Source: an uncultured SAR86 cluster bacterium (lineage in GTDB: Bacteria > Pseudomonadota > Gammaproteobacteria > Magnimaribacterales > D2472). Taken from it: a stretch of 56,155 nucleotides of DNA. The stretch is from contig CACMYW010000003.1 in assembly GCA_902617955.1 (NCBI GenBank), positions 1 through 56,155 on the forward strand, given 5' to 3'. The position numbers and the translations under genes were made by a program. How positions within the stretch are numbered: the first letter of the stretch is position 1; every line of letters starts with the position of its first letter. Shown piece after piece: positions 21,598 to 31,378 of the stretch. The notes under the pieces were generated by a model. That model did not search any database, was not told the origin of the DNA, and saw nothing but the letters and a program-made list of their open reading frames with translations.

Positions 21598-22426
21598 AGA
21601 AGAAAAACCTCCGTCGACAGCATTTAAAAAGCTTAAAAATCTAATATCTTTTAAACCTAAATCTCTGAATGAGGTATCAGAGGTCTTACAGCATGCGCTA
21701 AATACAAACATTATTGATAAAGAAGCTCAATTAATAGCTGAGAAGGCTATACGGCTTGGAGATACAACTTTGAAGGAAATAATGATTCCAAAGGTTGAAA
21801 TGGTCACAGTTGACGTAAATGAAAGCCAAGATGTATTTATAAATAGAATTATCGAATCTGGGCACTCAAGGTACCCTGTTATGGGCGAAAATAAGAATGA
21901 GGTTAAGGGTCTGCTTTTGGCCAAGGATATATTACCCGCTTTGCATTCTAAAACCCCAATTTCTTTAGAAAAAGTAACTAGAAATATAAAAGTAGTTCCT
22001 GAGAATAAGAAAGCCGACACTATGCTTGAAGAATTTAAAAACGACAGATCTCATATGGCAGTGGTTATAGATGAGTATGGATCAGTATCAGGCTTGATAA
22101 CCATCGAAGATGTTCTTGAGGAATTAGTCGGAGAAATTGAAGATGAACATGATACCGGCGACGTTGATGAATTAATTCAAGTGAGTCCTACTGAATATAT
22201 TGCTGACGCTAGATTAGATATAAATGTATTCGAGAAAAAATTTGACTTAAAGTTTGATGATCTTGACGCAGAAACTGTCGGTGGATTATTTATTCATAAA
22301 TTAGGTTTGCTGCCAAAAGTTGGTGATAGGATTGAAGTTAACAATATGACTTTAGCTGTCACAGCTGCTGATAAAAGGAAAGTTAAAAAGATTGGCATCA
22401 CAATTAATAAACCAACGTCTGATTAG
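21587..22426 (+). CDS. corC: CBS/CorC-domain Mg/Co homeostasis protein
   Basis: SGHSRYPV, HMAVVIDEYG, TIEDVLEELVGEIEDEHD. Confidence 0.93.
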   Translation: MKSEEEKPPSTAFKKLKNLISFKPKSLNEVSEVLQHALNTNIIDKEAQLIAEKAIRLGDTTLKEIMIPKVEMVTVDVNESQDVFINRIIESGHSRYPVMGENKNEVKGLLLAKDILPALHSKTPISLEKVTRNIKVVPENKKADTMLEEFKNDRSHMAVVIDEYGSVSGLITIEDVLEELVGEIEDEHDTGDVDELIQVSPTEYIADARLDINVFEKKFDLKFDDLDAETVGGLFIHKLGLLPKVGDRIEVNNMTLAVTAADKRKVKKIGITINKPTSD

Positions 22427-23900
22427 ATATCTCACAACCGCATTAGTTGGAATATTATCGTTTCTTGCTTTTGCACCTTATGATCAAAAGTGGACCCTAG
22501 TATTATCCTATTTATATTTGGTCTCGATACTAACTAGTTCTTCAACTAAAAATAAATGGTTGCATATTCTCTTGTGGGGATTTGGACTTTGGTTTGCTGG
22601 AACTTTTTGGCTAATAGTGAGTATTCACTATCATGGAAATGTACACATAGCATTATCAGTCACTGCATTAATTTTTCTAGGATTGTTACTTTCAAGTATA
22701 TTTGTGCTCCCGATTATGCTATTTGTATACATTAAAAGAATATCTAACTTTACAAATGCTCTCATCCTGTCTTCAATATTAATATTGCTCGAATCAGCAA
22801 GATTTTTTATTTTAGGAGGATTTCCATGGCTGCAACCAGGAGTAATTTTCCTTGATACGATACTTGATTTCTTGATACCAATAATTGGTGTGATCGGATG
22901 CTCGCTATTATTTTATTTAATAGTCTCAGCAGCAGCTCTTAGTTCAAAAAAAGCATATAAGTATGGCTTAAGTATTTTATTAATAATTGCATTTGCAATA
23001 CCTTCCTTAACCACAAAATTAGACATTCATAATTCAAGCGATGAGCATTTAAAATTTGGAATAGTTCAGCCTTCATTTGGGCCACGTCAAAAATTTGAAA
23101 GTGATTATGGGAAATCAATTGAAGATAGATTAATCAGCTTGAGTTTAGAGAAAGAAGGATTAGATCTAATTGTTTGGCCAGAATCTCCTTTTCCATACAC
23201 GCTAAAGAGCTTATATGGAAACAACCTTGTGAAGAGGCTTGAAGAGAATAATTTGAATGTAATTTCCGGTATCTACCAATCTGAATCAGCTCCTACATCA
23301 ATTAATTATTTTAATACTTTGACAATCTTGTCTAGTGAAAAATTATCCGGGTATAAAAAGGTTAATCTTGTTCCGTTTGGGGAATTTCTACCATTTGAAT
23401 CAATTCTTAGAGGTTTAATAGATTTCTTTGATTTACCTATGTCTTTTTTAAAACCTGGAAATATAACTAACGAAATTATTCCTTTTAAAAATCATTCTAT
23501 CTTGCCACTTATTTGCTTTGATACAGCATATATAAATAATTACATACAAAAAGTAAAGAAATCAACAATTGTAGTTAATGTAAGCAATGATAGTTGGTTT
23601 GGAGAGTCAAATGGTCCAGATCAGCATTTTCAGATTGTTAGATCAAGGGCAAAAGAAATTAATAGGTGGATTTTACGATCTACAACAAGTGGTATATCAG
23701 GTTTTATTGATAATAAAGGAACAATTGTTGATAAAATGGAGACAAATGAACAAGGAATTATCTCTTTTAATGTCCCCCAGACAACAAATAACTCCTTATT
23801 TGTAAATTTTGGTTATGATTTAATGAGATATATCATAATATGTTGTTCATTTTTTATTATAATATTGTTTCTAAGAAAAGTTTTAAATGAAAATTCATAG
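22392..23900 (+). CDS. lnt: Apolipoprotein N-acyltransferase
   Basis: Multiple TM helices, GGFPW, WPES, KVNLVPFGE, LICFD, SNDSWFG. Confidence 0.95.
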   Translation: MASQLINQRLIRYLTTALVGILSFLAFAPYDQKWTLVLSYLYLVSILTSSSTKNKWLHILLWGFGLWFAGTFWLIVSIHYHGNVHIALSVTALIFLGLLLSSIFVLPIMLFVYIKRISNFTNALILSSILILLESARFFILGGFPWLQPGVIFLDTILDFLIPIIGVIGCSLLFYLIVSAAALSSKKAYKYGLSILLIIAFAIPSLTTKLDIHNSSDEHLKFGIVQPSFGPRQKFESDYGKSIEDRLISLSLEKEGLDLIVWPESPFPYTLKSLYGNNLVKRLEENNLNVISGIYQSESAPTSINYFNTLTILSSEKLSGYKKVNLVPFGEFLPFESILRGLIDFFDLPMSFLKPGNITNEIIPFKNHSILPLICFDTAYINNYIQKVKKSTIVVNVSNDSWFGESNGPDQHFQIVRSRAKEINRWILRSTTSGISGFIDNKGTIVDKMETNEQGIISFNVPQTTNNSLFVNFGYDLMRYIIICCSFFIIILFLRKVLNENS

Positions 23901-24423
23901 TGCAGCATTAACTCTTATTATTCTTTCCAGTTTTCTAAGTGCTAATAAGTCTATTGAAATTGATATATCACAGCAAAGACTATACGTTTATGAAGATAAA
24001 TCGATGTTAGCTAGTTACCCTATATCTAGCTCATCTTTTGGAGAAGGTCAAATCGAAAATTCCTATAAAACACCTCTAGGAAAACACAAAATTCTTACTA
24101 AAATAGGAACAAATGTTGAAAAAAATACAATTTTTGTTAGTAGAGAAAATATGAATCAAGTTGCTGAGATAGTTCATGAGAGACATAATAATGAAAATGA
24201 CTACGTTACATCAAGAATACTATGGCTTGATGGGCTTGAAGAAGGTCATAACAAAGGCGGAAACGTAGATTCCTTTAAAAGATACATATATATTCATGGC
24301 ACACATGAAGAAGGACTCATAGGCGAGAAAGCGTCACACGGGTGTATAAGGATGTTCAATAATGATGTAATTGAGCTGTTTTCTTACATCCCTGAAGAAA
24401 CGGAAGTAAATATAAAAATTTAG
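23887..24423 (+). CDS. YkuD-family L,D-transpeptidase
   Basis: Signal peptide, TPLG, IYIHGT...ASHGCIRM. Confidence 0.9.
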   Translation: MKIHSAALTLIILSSFLSANKSIEIDISQQRLYVYEDKSMLASYPISSSSFGEGQIENSYKTPLGKHKILTKIGTNVEKNTIFVSRENMNQVAEIVHERHNNENDYVTSRILWLDGLEEGHNKGGNVDSFKRYIYIHGTHEEGLIGEKASHGCIRMFNNDVIELFSYIPEETEVNIKI

Positions 24424-26564
24424 TATTTAACTTCTTGCTTAAATGCTAATTTCTTTTTTTTGAGATCATCTGTTGGCGCATCAGCAAACCTCCCACCATC
24501 ATTGGCTAATGCAACGAGTAAATCTGCTGGTTTCCAGAAATCTTCATCTTTTTCTGCAAATTTATTTATCTTTTCAAGTACTTTGTCTAGACCAATTGAG
24601 TTCGCATAAAACATTGGACCACCTCTCCATATAGGAAAACCATAACCATTGATATAAACGATATCCATATCACTTGATCTTTGAGCAACACCCTCTTCTA
24701 AGATCTTCGCTCCTTCGTTTACTAAACCGAGAATACATCTATCAACTATTTCTTCATCAGAAATATCTCTTCTAGTAAAACCATTTTCTTCTGCAACTTT
24801 GACATAGATCTCTTCATTTTCTGGTGCTGGGTTAGGGGCACGAGATCCATCAGAATAATTATAGAAACCCTTACCATTCTTTTGACCAAACCTTTCTTGT
24901 TCACATAACGCATCTGCAATTTTATTGATAAGAGGTGTTTCGAGTTTTGCAAGTTTTCTTGCTCTCCACCCTAAATCTAACCCAACTAAATCCATCATTC
25001 TGAAGGGCCCCATACTCATTCCGAAGGATTCAAGTGCAGTATCAATTTGATTAGGTAATGCGCCTTCCAGTAACAACATATTTGCCTGTTGGGTATAACC
25101 AAAAAGCATTCTATTGCCTATAAAACCTGGTGCATTTAAAGACATAACGGCAGCCTTCTTTATAATCTTTCCTAACTTCATTATTGTCGCAAGAGTTTCT
25201 TTGGATGTTTTCTCTCCTCTTACAATTTCTAATAATCTCATAATATTGGCTGGACTAAAAAAGTGAGTACCCACTATCTTTTCTGGCCTATTAGTAACTG
25301 ATGAAATTGCATCAATATCAAGACCTGAAGTATTGCTTGCAAGAATAGCATCGTCCTTAACTACGTTATCAAGTTTCTTAAAAATTTCTTGTTTTAAATC
25401 AAGATTTTCATAAACTGCCTCAACTACAATGTCACAGTCAGCTAGATCCTCATAATTGAGTGATGGTGTAATTAAGCTCATAACACCATCTTTCATTTCT
25501 TGTGAAAGTCTTCCACGGTCGACCATCATTTGATAATTTTTTTCTATAACACCTATTCCCCTTTCTAGGTTCTTCTCATCTTGATCAAGAACAATTACAG
25601 GTATACCTGCATTAGCAAAATTCATTGCAATACCACCCCCCATTGTTCCTGAACCAACAACACCTGCAGATCCTATTTTTTGGGTTTCTGTATCTTTAGG
25701 TACATCTAATATTTTTCCAGCTGTTCTTTCACCAAAGAATATATGGATCATTGCTTCTCTTTGAGGATGAAGCAAACACTCTAGAAACAAATCAGATTCT
25801 TTCTTCATACCAGCATCAAAATCATCTTCTTCAATTGCAGCCTCTACACATTTGATAATTTGACCAGGTGCAAATTGACCTTTTCTTGACTTAGATGCTA
25901 AAGCTTTTGCTTCTGCCATTACGTTTTCATTGCCACGTGCTTCCAATAATTTTTCATTTAAGTCTCTTACCTTTGGATGTTCAGTTGTTTCATCAAGCTT
26001 TTTATGCAAAAAGCTAATCGCGTCCTCTACTAAATCACCGGTAGAAATGCCATCTAAAACACCTTGATCAAGTGCTTTTTTCGCAGGAACTGGTACCCCT
26101 GAAAGCATTATTTTAAGTGCTTGTGATGGCCCAACTATTCTTGGCAACCTTTGGGTTCCACCTGCACCGGGCAATAAGCCTAAATTAACTTCTGGTAATC
26201 CTACAATTGATTTTTCAGTTGCAATTCTGTAATTACAACATAGAGCTGTCTCTAAACCGCCACCTAAAGCAGGCCCATTTATTGCTGCAACAACTGGTTT
26301 CTCGCTATATTCAATGTTTTTTAGTGCAGTATGGAGATCCGGACCTTCCATTTTTTGACCAAATTCAGATATATCTGCGCCAGCTATGAATGCATTTCCT
26401 GCTCCTTTTAAGACAATACCTCTAACATTTTCATCACTATTTGCTTTATCAAATTGATCACAAAGACCAACTCTAACACCACTGCTTAAAGGGTTTACAG
26501 GCGGATTATCAACCTCAAGGATTGCAATATCACCTCGTAATTCGTAGTTAACTGTACCTTTCAT
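24420..26564 (-). CDS. Bifunctional enoyl-CoA hydratase/3-hydroxyacyl-CoA dehydrogenase
   Basis: AGADI, GGGLE, PEVNLGLLPGAGGTQR, GSGTMGGG, SNTS, HFFSPA, GFIGNR. Confidence 0.95.
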   Translation of the reverse strand: MKGTVNYELRGDIAILEVDNPPVNPLSSGVRVGLCDQFDKANSDENVRGIVLKGAGNAFIAGADISEFGQKMEGPDLHTALKNIEYSEKPVVAAINGPALGGGLETALCCNYRIATEKSIVGLPEVNLGLLPGAGGTQRLPRIVGPSQALKIMLSGVPVPAKKALDQGVLDGISTGDLVEDAISFLHKKLDETTEHPKVRDLNEKLLEARGNENVMAEAKALASKSRKGQFAPGQIIKCVEAAIEEDDFDAGMKKESDLFLECLLHPQREAMIHIFFGERTAGKILDVPKDTETQKIGSAGVVGSGTMGGGIAMNFANAGIPVIVLDQDEKNLERGIGVIEKNYQMMVDRGRLSQEMKDGVMSLITPSLNYEDLADCDIVVEAVYENLDLKQEIFKKLDNVVKDDAILASNTSGLDIDAISSVTNRPEKIVGTHFFSPANIMRLLEIVRGEKTSKETLATIMKLGKIIKKAAVMSLNAPGFIGNRMLFGYTQQANMLLLEGALPNQIDTALESFGMSMGPFRMMDLVGLDLGWRARKLAKLETPLINKIADALCEQERFGQKNGKGFYNYSDGSRAPNPAPENEEIYVKVAEENGFTRRDISDEEIVDRCILGLVNEGAKILEEGVAQRSSDMDIVYINGYGFPIWRGGPMFYANSIGLDKVLEKINKFAEKDEDFWKPADLLVALANDGGRFADAPTDDLKKKKLAFKQEVKY

Positions 26565-26724
26565 TAAATACCTCTTATTTTATGTAAATTCTCAGAATAG
26601 AGATGAAATTATATAGTCATTATTTTGTTAAATATACTGAAAATACACTATACATATCTTAATATTGCTGATTAATTCATAAATTTTATATAGTAAAATT
26701 AATTTAAATTATTTATAAATACTA

Positions 26725-26752
26725 TTGATATTTAAATATAAATACATATAAT
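26725..26752 (+). promoter_or_regulatory. Sigma70-type promoter
   Basis: TTGATA (26725-26730), 16-bp spacer, TATAAT (26747-26752), 7 nt before a hairpin start. Confidence 0.6.
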
Positions 26753-26757
26753 AGTAC

Positions 26758-26833
26758 AAGTCAGCACTCCTCTCCCCCTATGTATTGCTGACATTCTCTG
26801 GAAATAATGGAGGGCTCAATGCCCTCCTTTTTT
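26758..26833 (+). ncRNA. Candidate small RNA or attenuator with C-rich loop
   Basis: GC-rich island in AT-rich spacer: GTCAGCA/TGCTGAC stem enclosing CTCCTCTCCCCCTATGTAT, then a terminator hairpin. Confidence 0.65.
26809..26833 (+). terminator. Rho-independent terminator
   Basis: GGAGGGC-TCAAT-GCCCTCC-TTTTTT. Confidence 0.85.
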
Positions 26834-26840
26834 AAAAAAT

Positions 26841-26942
26841 ATGAGCAAAAAGCATAAGAAAAAAATAATAGAATCTGTTGAAGTGCTTACTTTAGTAACT
26901 CTGTTTCTTTCAAGTATTTATGCTGTTGCACCTGTAGTATAG
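26841..26942 (+). CDS. Putative 33-aa single-pass membrane peptide
   Basis: MSKKHKKKIIESVEVLTLVTLFLSSIYAVAPVV*: basic N-terminus plus hydrophobic helix; fills the gap between terminator and GPx. Confidence 0.6.
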   Translation: MSKKHKKKIIESVEVLTLVTLFLSSIYAVAPVV

Positions 26943-26951
26943 TATTCCTCT

Positions 26952-27494
26952 ATGCGGCTAGTATTAGCATTAATAATTTCTTTGTGTTTTTTTGGAATCA
27001 CCCAATTTGTGAGTGCCTGCTCAGATTTGCTAAACCATGAAATCAGGTTGCTTGATTCTGATGAAAAGTTAAATCTTTGTGAGTTAACCGGAAAATCTGT
27101 TCTTGTTGTAAACGTTGCGAGTAGATGTGGATATACAAATCAATATACTGAATTACAAAATTTATATGAGACTTATTCAGAGATGGGTTTCACAGTTTTA
27201 GGTGTCCCATCAAGAGATTTCTATCAAGAATTTAGAGATGACTCCAAGGTCTCTGAATTTTGCTCAACTGAATACGGCGTGACATTCCCTATGCTAACTA
27301 CCAGCAAAGTAAAAGGCTCTAAAGCACTACCATTCTTTAAGAAACTTGCTGAAGCTTCTGGCATGGAACCTAATTGGAATTTTAATAAATACTTAATTTC
27401 AAAAGATGGCTCAACTGTAGAGGGCTTTCGATCAAAAGTTAAACCAAGTTCCGAAGAACTAATTTATAAAATTACAACTGACCTTAATAGTTAA
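26952..27494 (+). CDS. Glutathione peroxidase-family protein with signal peptide
   Basis: VVNVASRCGYT (Cys, not Sec), QE, WNFNKYL. Confidence 0.93.
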   Translation: MRLVLALIISLCFFGITQFVSACSDLLNHEIRLLDSDEKLNLCELTGKSVLVVNVASRCGYTNQYTELQNLYETYSEMGFTVLGVPSRDFYQEFRDDSKVSEFCSTEYGVTFPMLTTSKVKGSKALPFFKKLAEASGMEPNWNFNKYLISKDGSTVEGFRSKVKPSSEELIYKITTDLNS

Positions 27495-28126
27495 GCAGTT
27501 AAAACCTTATTAGGTTTTCTGATAGCAAATATCCCATTATCAACAACACCTGGTATTGAATTTATCTGAATTTCCATATCCTTTGGATTTGATAAATCAA
27601 GTTTTGAAACGTCAATGATATGATTGCCCTGATCTGTAATGACACCACACCTATAAGTTGGAACTCCTCCTAGTTTTACAATTTCTCTTGAAACAAAACT
27701 TCTACTTTCGATCAAAACTTCAACAGGAACACCAAAGTTTCCTAGACATTCAACATGCTTTGATTGATCTACAATACAAACAAACTGATTCGAAGCTGAG
27801 GCAACCAATTTTTCTCTTGTGTGAGCTCCGCCACCACCCTTAATTAAGTTATGTGATGGGTCAACTTCATCAGCTCCATCGATATAAAACTGAATTTCAT
27901 TTACATCATTAAGACTAAAAATCTCTACATTAAACTCTTGAAGAAGTAGGGTAGAAGCTTCAGAGCTAGATACGGCACCTTTAAACTGAATGTTGCTTTG
28001 TTTTAAGATCTCGATGAAGCAATTGACTGTGGACCCGGTTCCAATTCCTAATATAGATTCTTTATTTATTTGAGGAGCCATTTCCTCAAACGCCTTTTTA
28101 GCAACCTGCACCTTTGCGTCACTCAT
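27491..28126 (-). CDS. rpiA: Ribose-5-phosphate isomerase A
   Basis: GIGTGST, DGADEVD, IKGGG, PGVVDNG. Confidence 0.97.
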   Translation of the reverse strand: MSDAKVQVAKKAFEEMAPQINKESILGIGTGSTVNCFIEILKQSNIQFKGAVSSSEASTLLLQEFNVEIFSLNDVNEIQFYIDGADEVDPSHNLIKGGGGAHTREKLVASASNQFVCIVDQSKHVECLGNFGVPVEVLIESRSFVSREIVKLGGVPTYRCGVITDQGNHIIDVSKLDLSNPKDMEIQINSIPGVVDNGIFAIRKPNKVLTA

Positions 28127-28159
28127 ACTTGTATAATAAACAAAATATTAGCTTTTACT

Positions 28160-29704
28160 ATGCGTTTAAAAATAAAAAAAACGGGATCATTCAAGCAATC
28201 CAAGAAGTATATTGATTTAATTAATCAGGCCACTGTTTATGATACTGCTATTAAGACCCCGATTACTTTTGCCAAAAATATTTCTAAGAAATTAGCTAAT
28301 GACGTTTTCTTAAAAAGAGAGGACTTGCAACCAGTTTTTTCTTTTAAAAATAGAGGAGCTTACAACAAGATTTCACAATTGTCTGCATCACAAAAAAAAC
28401 TAGGAGTTATAGCTGCATCTGCTGGAAATCATGCTCAGGGCGTTGCTAATGCATCACAAAAATTAAAGATCCCATGTTTAATTGTCATGCCTGAAACAAC
28501 TCCAGAAATTAAAATCCAATCCGTACAATCATTTGGCTCAAAAATCCTTTTACATGGTGATAACTATAATCAGGCATACAAAAAGGCATCTCAGATTGCC
28601 AAGGATAAAGGGATGGAGTTAATTCCTGCCTTTGATGACCCGCTAACCATTGCGGGTCAGGGTACGATAGGTAAGGAGATTGAATCCGAGGAAGAAGCTT
28701 TTGATGCCGTATTTGTACCAGTTGGTGGAGGAGGCCTATTAGCAGGTGTATCAGCATGGATTGCTCAGCATTCACCAAAAACCAAAGTCTATGGTATAGA
28801 AGTAGAAGATTCAGCATGTCTCTTGGAAGCAGTTAAATTTAATAAGCGTGTAAAACTAAGAGAAGTTGGACTGTTTGCTGACGGCGTGGCTGTTGAACAA
28901 ATTGGTAAACATACTTTTGAAGTAATTAAAGAGTGTGTTGACGGTGTTATTACGGTGTCAATTGATGAAGTTTGTGCTGCCGTAAAAGATATATTTGAAG
29001 ACACCAGAGTTTTATCTGAGCCGGCAGGGGCATTGGCTCTTGCTGGTTTAAAAAAGTACTGTAAAAAAATTAATAATAAGAAATTAATTGCAATTAGCAG
29101 TGGCGCAAATATAAATTTTGAAAGACTTAGCTATATTGTTGAGAGATCTGAAGTAGGTGAAGATCGTGAGAAATTATTGAGTATAAAGATCCCTGAAAAA
29201 CCAGGGAGTTTCCTTAAGTTATGCAGAATCTTTGGAAAGTCACAGATTACCGAATTTAATTATCGTTTTTCTGATCAGGCTGAGGCACACGTATTGGTTG
29301 GCATTCGTCTAAAAAATGATAATGCCTTTAAAACATTAAGAGCAAAGTTAAAAAAAAGTCGCTTCTCGTATTCCGACTTAACTCGCAGCGTCATTTCAAA
29401 CGATCATTTACGTCATATGATCGGAGGCCACTTAATTAAAGCCAACAATTTAAATGAAAGGCTGTTTAGATGTAAGTTTCCTGTGAAACCAGGAGCTTTA
29501 TTGGATTTTCTTAAAGCCTTTGGATCCGAAAGAAATATTTCACTTTTTCATTACCGAAATCTTGGAGCTGCATTTGCAAATGTTTTAATTGGTATCCAGG
29601 AAAAAACGGGAAAACAAAAATCTCTAATCAAGCATCTTCAGTCACTTGATTATGAGTTTATCGAAGAGTCTGACAATGTCGGCTACATAAATTTTTTGAA
29701 ATGA
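28160..29704 (+). CDS. ilvA: Biosynthetic threonine ammonia-lyase
   Basis: KREDLQPVFSFK, ASAGNHAQG, GGGGL, two ACT-like C-terminal repeats; likely start ATG 28160. Confidence 0.96.
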   Translation: MRLKIKKTGSFKQSKKYIDLINQATVYDTAIKTPITFAKNISKKLANDVFLKREDLQPVFSFKNRGAYNKISQLSASQKKLGVIAASAGNHAQGVANASQKLKIPCLIVMPETTPEIKIQSVQSFGSKILLHGDNYNQAYKKASQIAKDKGMELIPAFDDPLTIAGQGTIGKEIESEEEAFDAVFVPVGGGGLLAGVSAWIAQHSPKTKVYGIEVEDSACLLEAVKFNKRVKLREVGLFADGVAVEQIGKHTFEVIKECVDGVITVSIDEVCAAVKDIFEDTRVLSEPAGALALAGLKKYCKKINNKKLIAISSGANINFERLSYIVERSEVGEDREKLLSIKIPEKPGSFLKLCRIFGKSQITEFNYRFSDQAEAHVLVGIRLKNDNAFKTLRAKLKKSRFSYSDLTRSVISNDHLRHMIGGHLIKANNLNERLFRCKFPVKPGALLDFLKAFGSERNISLFHYRNLGAAFANVLIGIQEKTGKQKSLIKHLQSLDYEFIEESDNVGYINFLK

Positions 29705-30840
29705 AAAATATAAAAGATTTTGAAGTTTATGTCCCGCAATCAAAAATTGATTTACTGCATGAAAAAATAGCGCTCACTCGATGGCCAGATGAATTAAATG
29801 ATAATAAGTGGTCCCTCGGAACAAGCCTAGATTATTTGAAAAAAGCTACGCATGCTTGGGTTAATGATTTTAGTTGGCGAGATCATGAGGCTTTAATCAA
29901 TAATGCTGGTAGCCATATGTTTCATTCAAGTTCAGGGTTAGATATTCACTTTCTTCATAGTAAATCAAAACATAAAAATGCATACCCCTTAGTGATGACG
30001 CATGGTTGGCCAGGGAGTGTGCAGGAGTTTTTATCAATCATACCGATCCTTAACGAAGGAATAGATGGAGTTTCTTTTGATGTTGTATGTCCTTCAATGC
30101 CCGGTTATGGATTCTCTTCTAAACCAAATGATTTTGGAATGAACTCTCAGGAAATTGCAAAGATTAACCATGAACTTATGCTTGCTCTTGGATATAAAAA
30201 ATATATAGCTCAAGGTGGTGATTGGGGTGCAACAGTGAGTAAGTGGATGGCGGATCAGTTCAAGGATAGCTGCGAAGCCTTGCATTTAAATTTAGTTCTT
30301 GCCTGGCCACCTGACAGCGATGACCCTATGAAAGGAGTTACTGAGGATGAGATTGAAGGCATGAAAAACTTTGAAAAATACCAAGAGGAGGGGTTTGGAT
30401 ACTTTGCTATTCAAAGTACAAAACCTCAAACTGTTGCTTATGGTTTAAATGATTCTCCTGTAGGTTTGGCTGCGTGGATTATCGAAAAGTTTCATGCATG
30501 GACTGACGATGATTTAGATAAATTAGTTATACCTCTTGATCATGTACTCAGCATTGTTTCACTTTATTGGTATACAGAAACTATTTCCTCCTCGATGAGG
30601 CTTTATTATGAGAATGGTCAAACAGGTTTTTCTTTTGACTATGTAGACCAACCTACAGGATGTGCAGTTTTTGATCGTGAGATCGCAAAGCCGCCCAAAG
30701 CTTGGGCTGAGAAAATATATCACATAAAGCATTGGGACACTCACCCAGGAGGTCATTTTGCTGCAATGGAAAATCCTAAGATTCTTGCCGAAAGTATTGT
30801 AAACCTTGTTAAGAAGGGCGATTTATCAGCAGGTAAATAA
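29701..30840 (+). CDS. Epoxide hydrolase (microsomal EH-like)
   Basis: TRWP N-domain, HGWPGS, QGGDWG, DSPVGLAAWI, GGHFAA. Confidence 0.92.
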   Translation: MKNIKDFEVYVPQSKIDLLHEKIALTRWPDELNDNKWSLGTSLDYLKKATHAWVNDFSWRDHEALINNAGSHMFHSSSGLDIHFLHSKSKHKNAYPLVMTHGWPGSVQEFLSIIPILNEGIDGVSFDVVCPSMPGYGFSSKPNDFGMNSQEIAKINHELMLALGYKKYIAQGGDWGATVSKWMADQFKDSCEALHLNLVLAWPPDSDDPMKGVTEDEIEGMKNFEKYQEEGFGYFAIQSTKPQTVAYGLNDSPVGLAAWIIEKFHAWTDDDLDKLVIPLDHVLSIVSLYWYTETISSSMRLYYENGQTGFSFDYVDQPTGCAVFDREIAKPPKAWAEKIYHIKHWDTHPGGHFAAMENPKILAESIVNLVKKGDLSAGK

Positions 30841-31365
30841 TCCATTCTCATTACAAATGTAGTCCATTGGAACATCATGAGACTCACTATCAAATGATAG
30901 ATTTTGTAATTCGAAAGCAATTCCTATTTTTTTAGCGTCACTAGAAGTTAAGGCTTTATCATAATAGCCGCCCCCATAACCCAATCTATTACCTGACTTG
31001 TTGTATGCCAGACATGGACATATAAATAACTCAATGTCATTAACTGAAATCTCTTCATTGTCAGTTTCCTTAATACCAAATTTGTTTACAACAAAAGTAT
31101 CATCAACTTTATGTAGGGTAAAAACCATGCTGTTAGAAATAATCTTTGGAAGAACAATTAATTTATTTAAATCAAAACAACTCTTAATAATATAACTTGT
31201 GTCCACCTCATTTTTTATAGGTAAATAGCAAGCAATCAGGTTTGCTTCTTGAAAAATTTCAGATTCAACAATATTTGTTTGTATTTTTTTTGATCGATCA
31301 AGGTACTCATCTTGAGGAAGATGTAGCCTCCGATTAAGTTGTGATTTTCTTAAATCAGATTTCAC
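30826..31365 (-). CDS. ygfA: 5-formyltetrahydrofolate cyclo-ligase
   Basis: NEVDT, GNRLGYGGGYYD, HDVPMD; likely GTG start at 31365, downstream of 6S RNA. Confidence 0.93.
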   Translation of the reverse strand: MKSDLRKSQLNRRLHLPQDEYLDRSKKIQTNIVESEIFQEANLIACYLPIKNEVDTSYIIKSCFDLNKLIVLPKIISNSMVFTLHKVDDTFVVNKFGIKETDNEEISVNDIELFICPCLAYNKSGNRLGYGGGYYDKALTSSDAKKIGIAFELQNLSFDSESHDVPMDYICNENGLFTC

Positions 31366-31378
31366 GATTACGGAGGCT

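Noticed and set aside
26603-26662. 19-codon ORF MKLYSHYFVKYTENTLYIS in the AT-rich spacer
   Set aside because: No SD or distinctive composition; expected by chance
26758-26942. Type I toxin-antitoxin reading of RNA plus hydrophobic peptide
   Set aside because: Same strand, and I saw no extended complementarity between the RNA and the peptide mRNA
26952-27494. Possible selenocysteine GPx
   Set aside because: Active-site codon is TGT (Cys); no in-frame TGA
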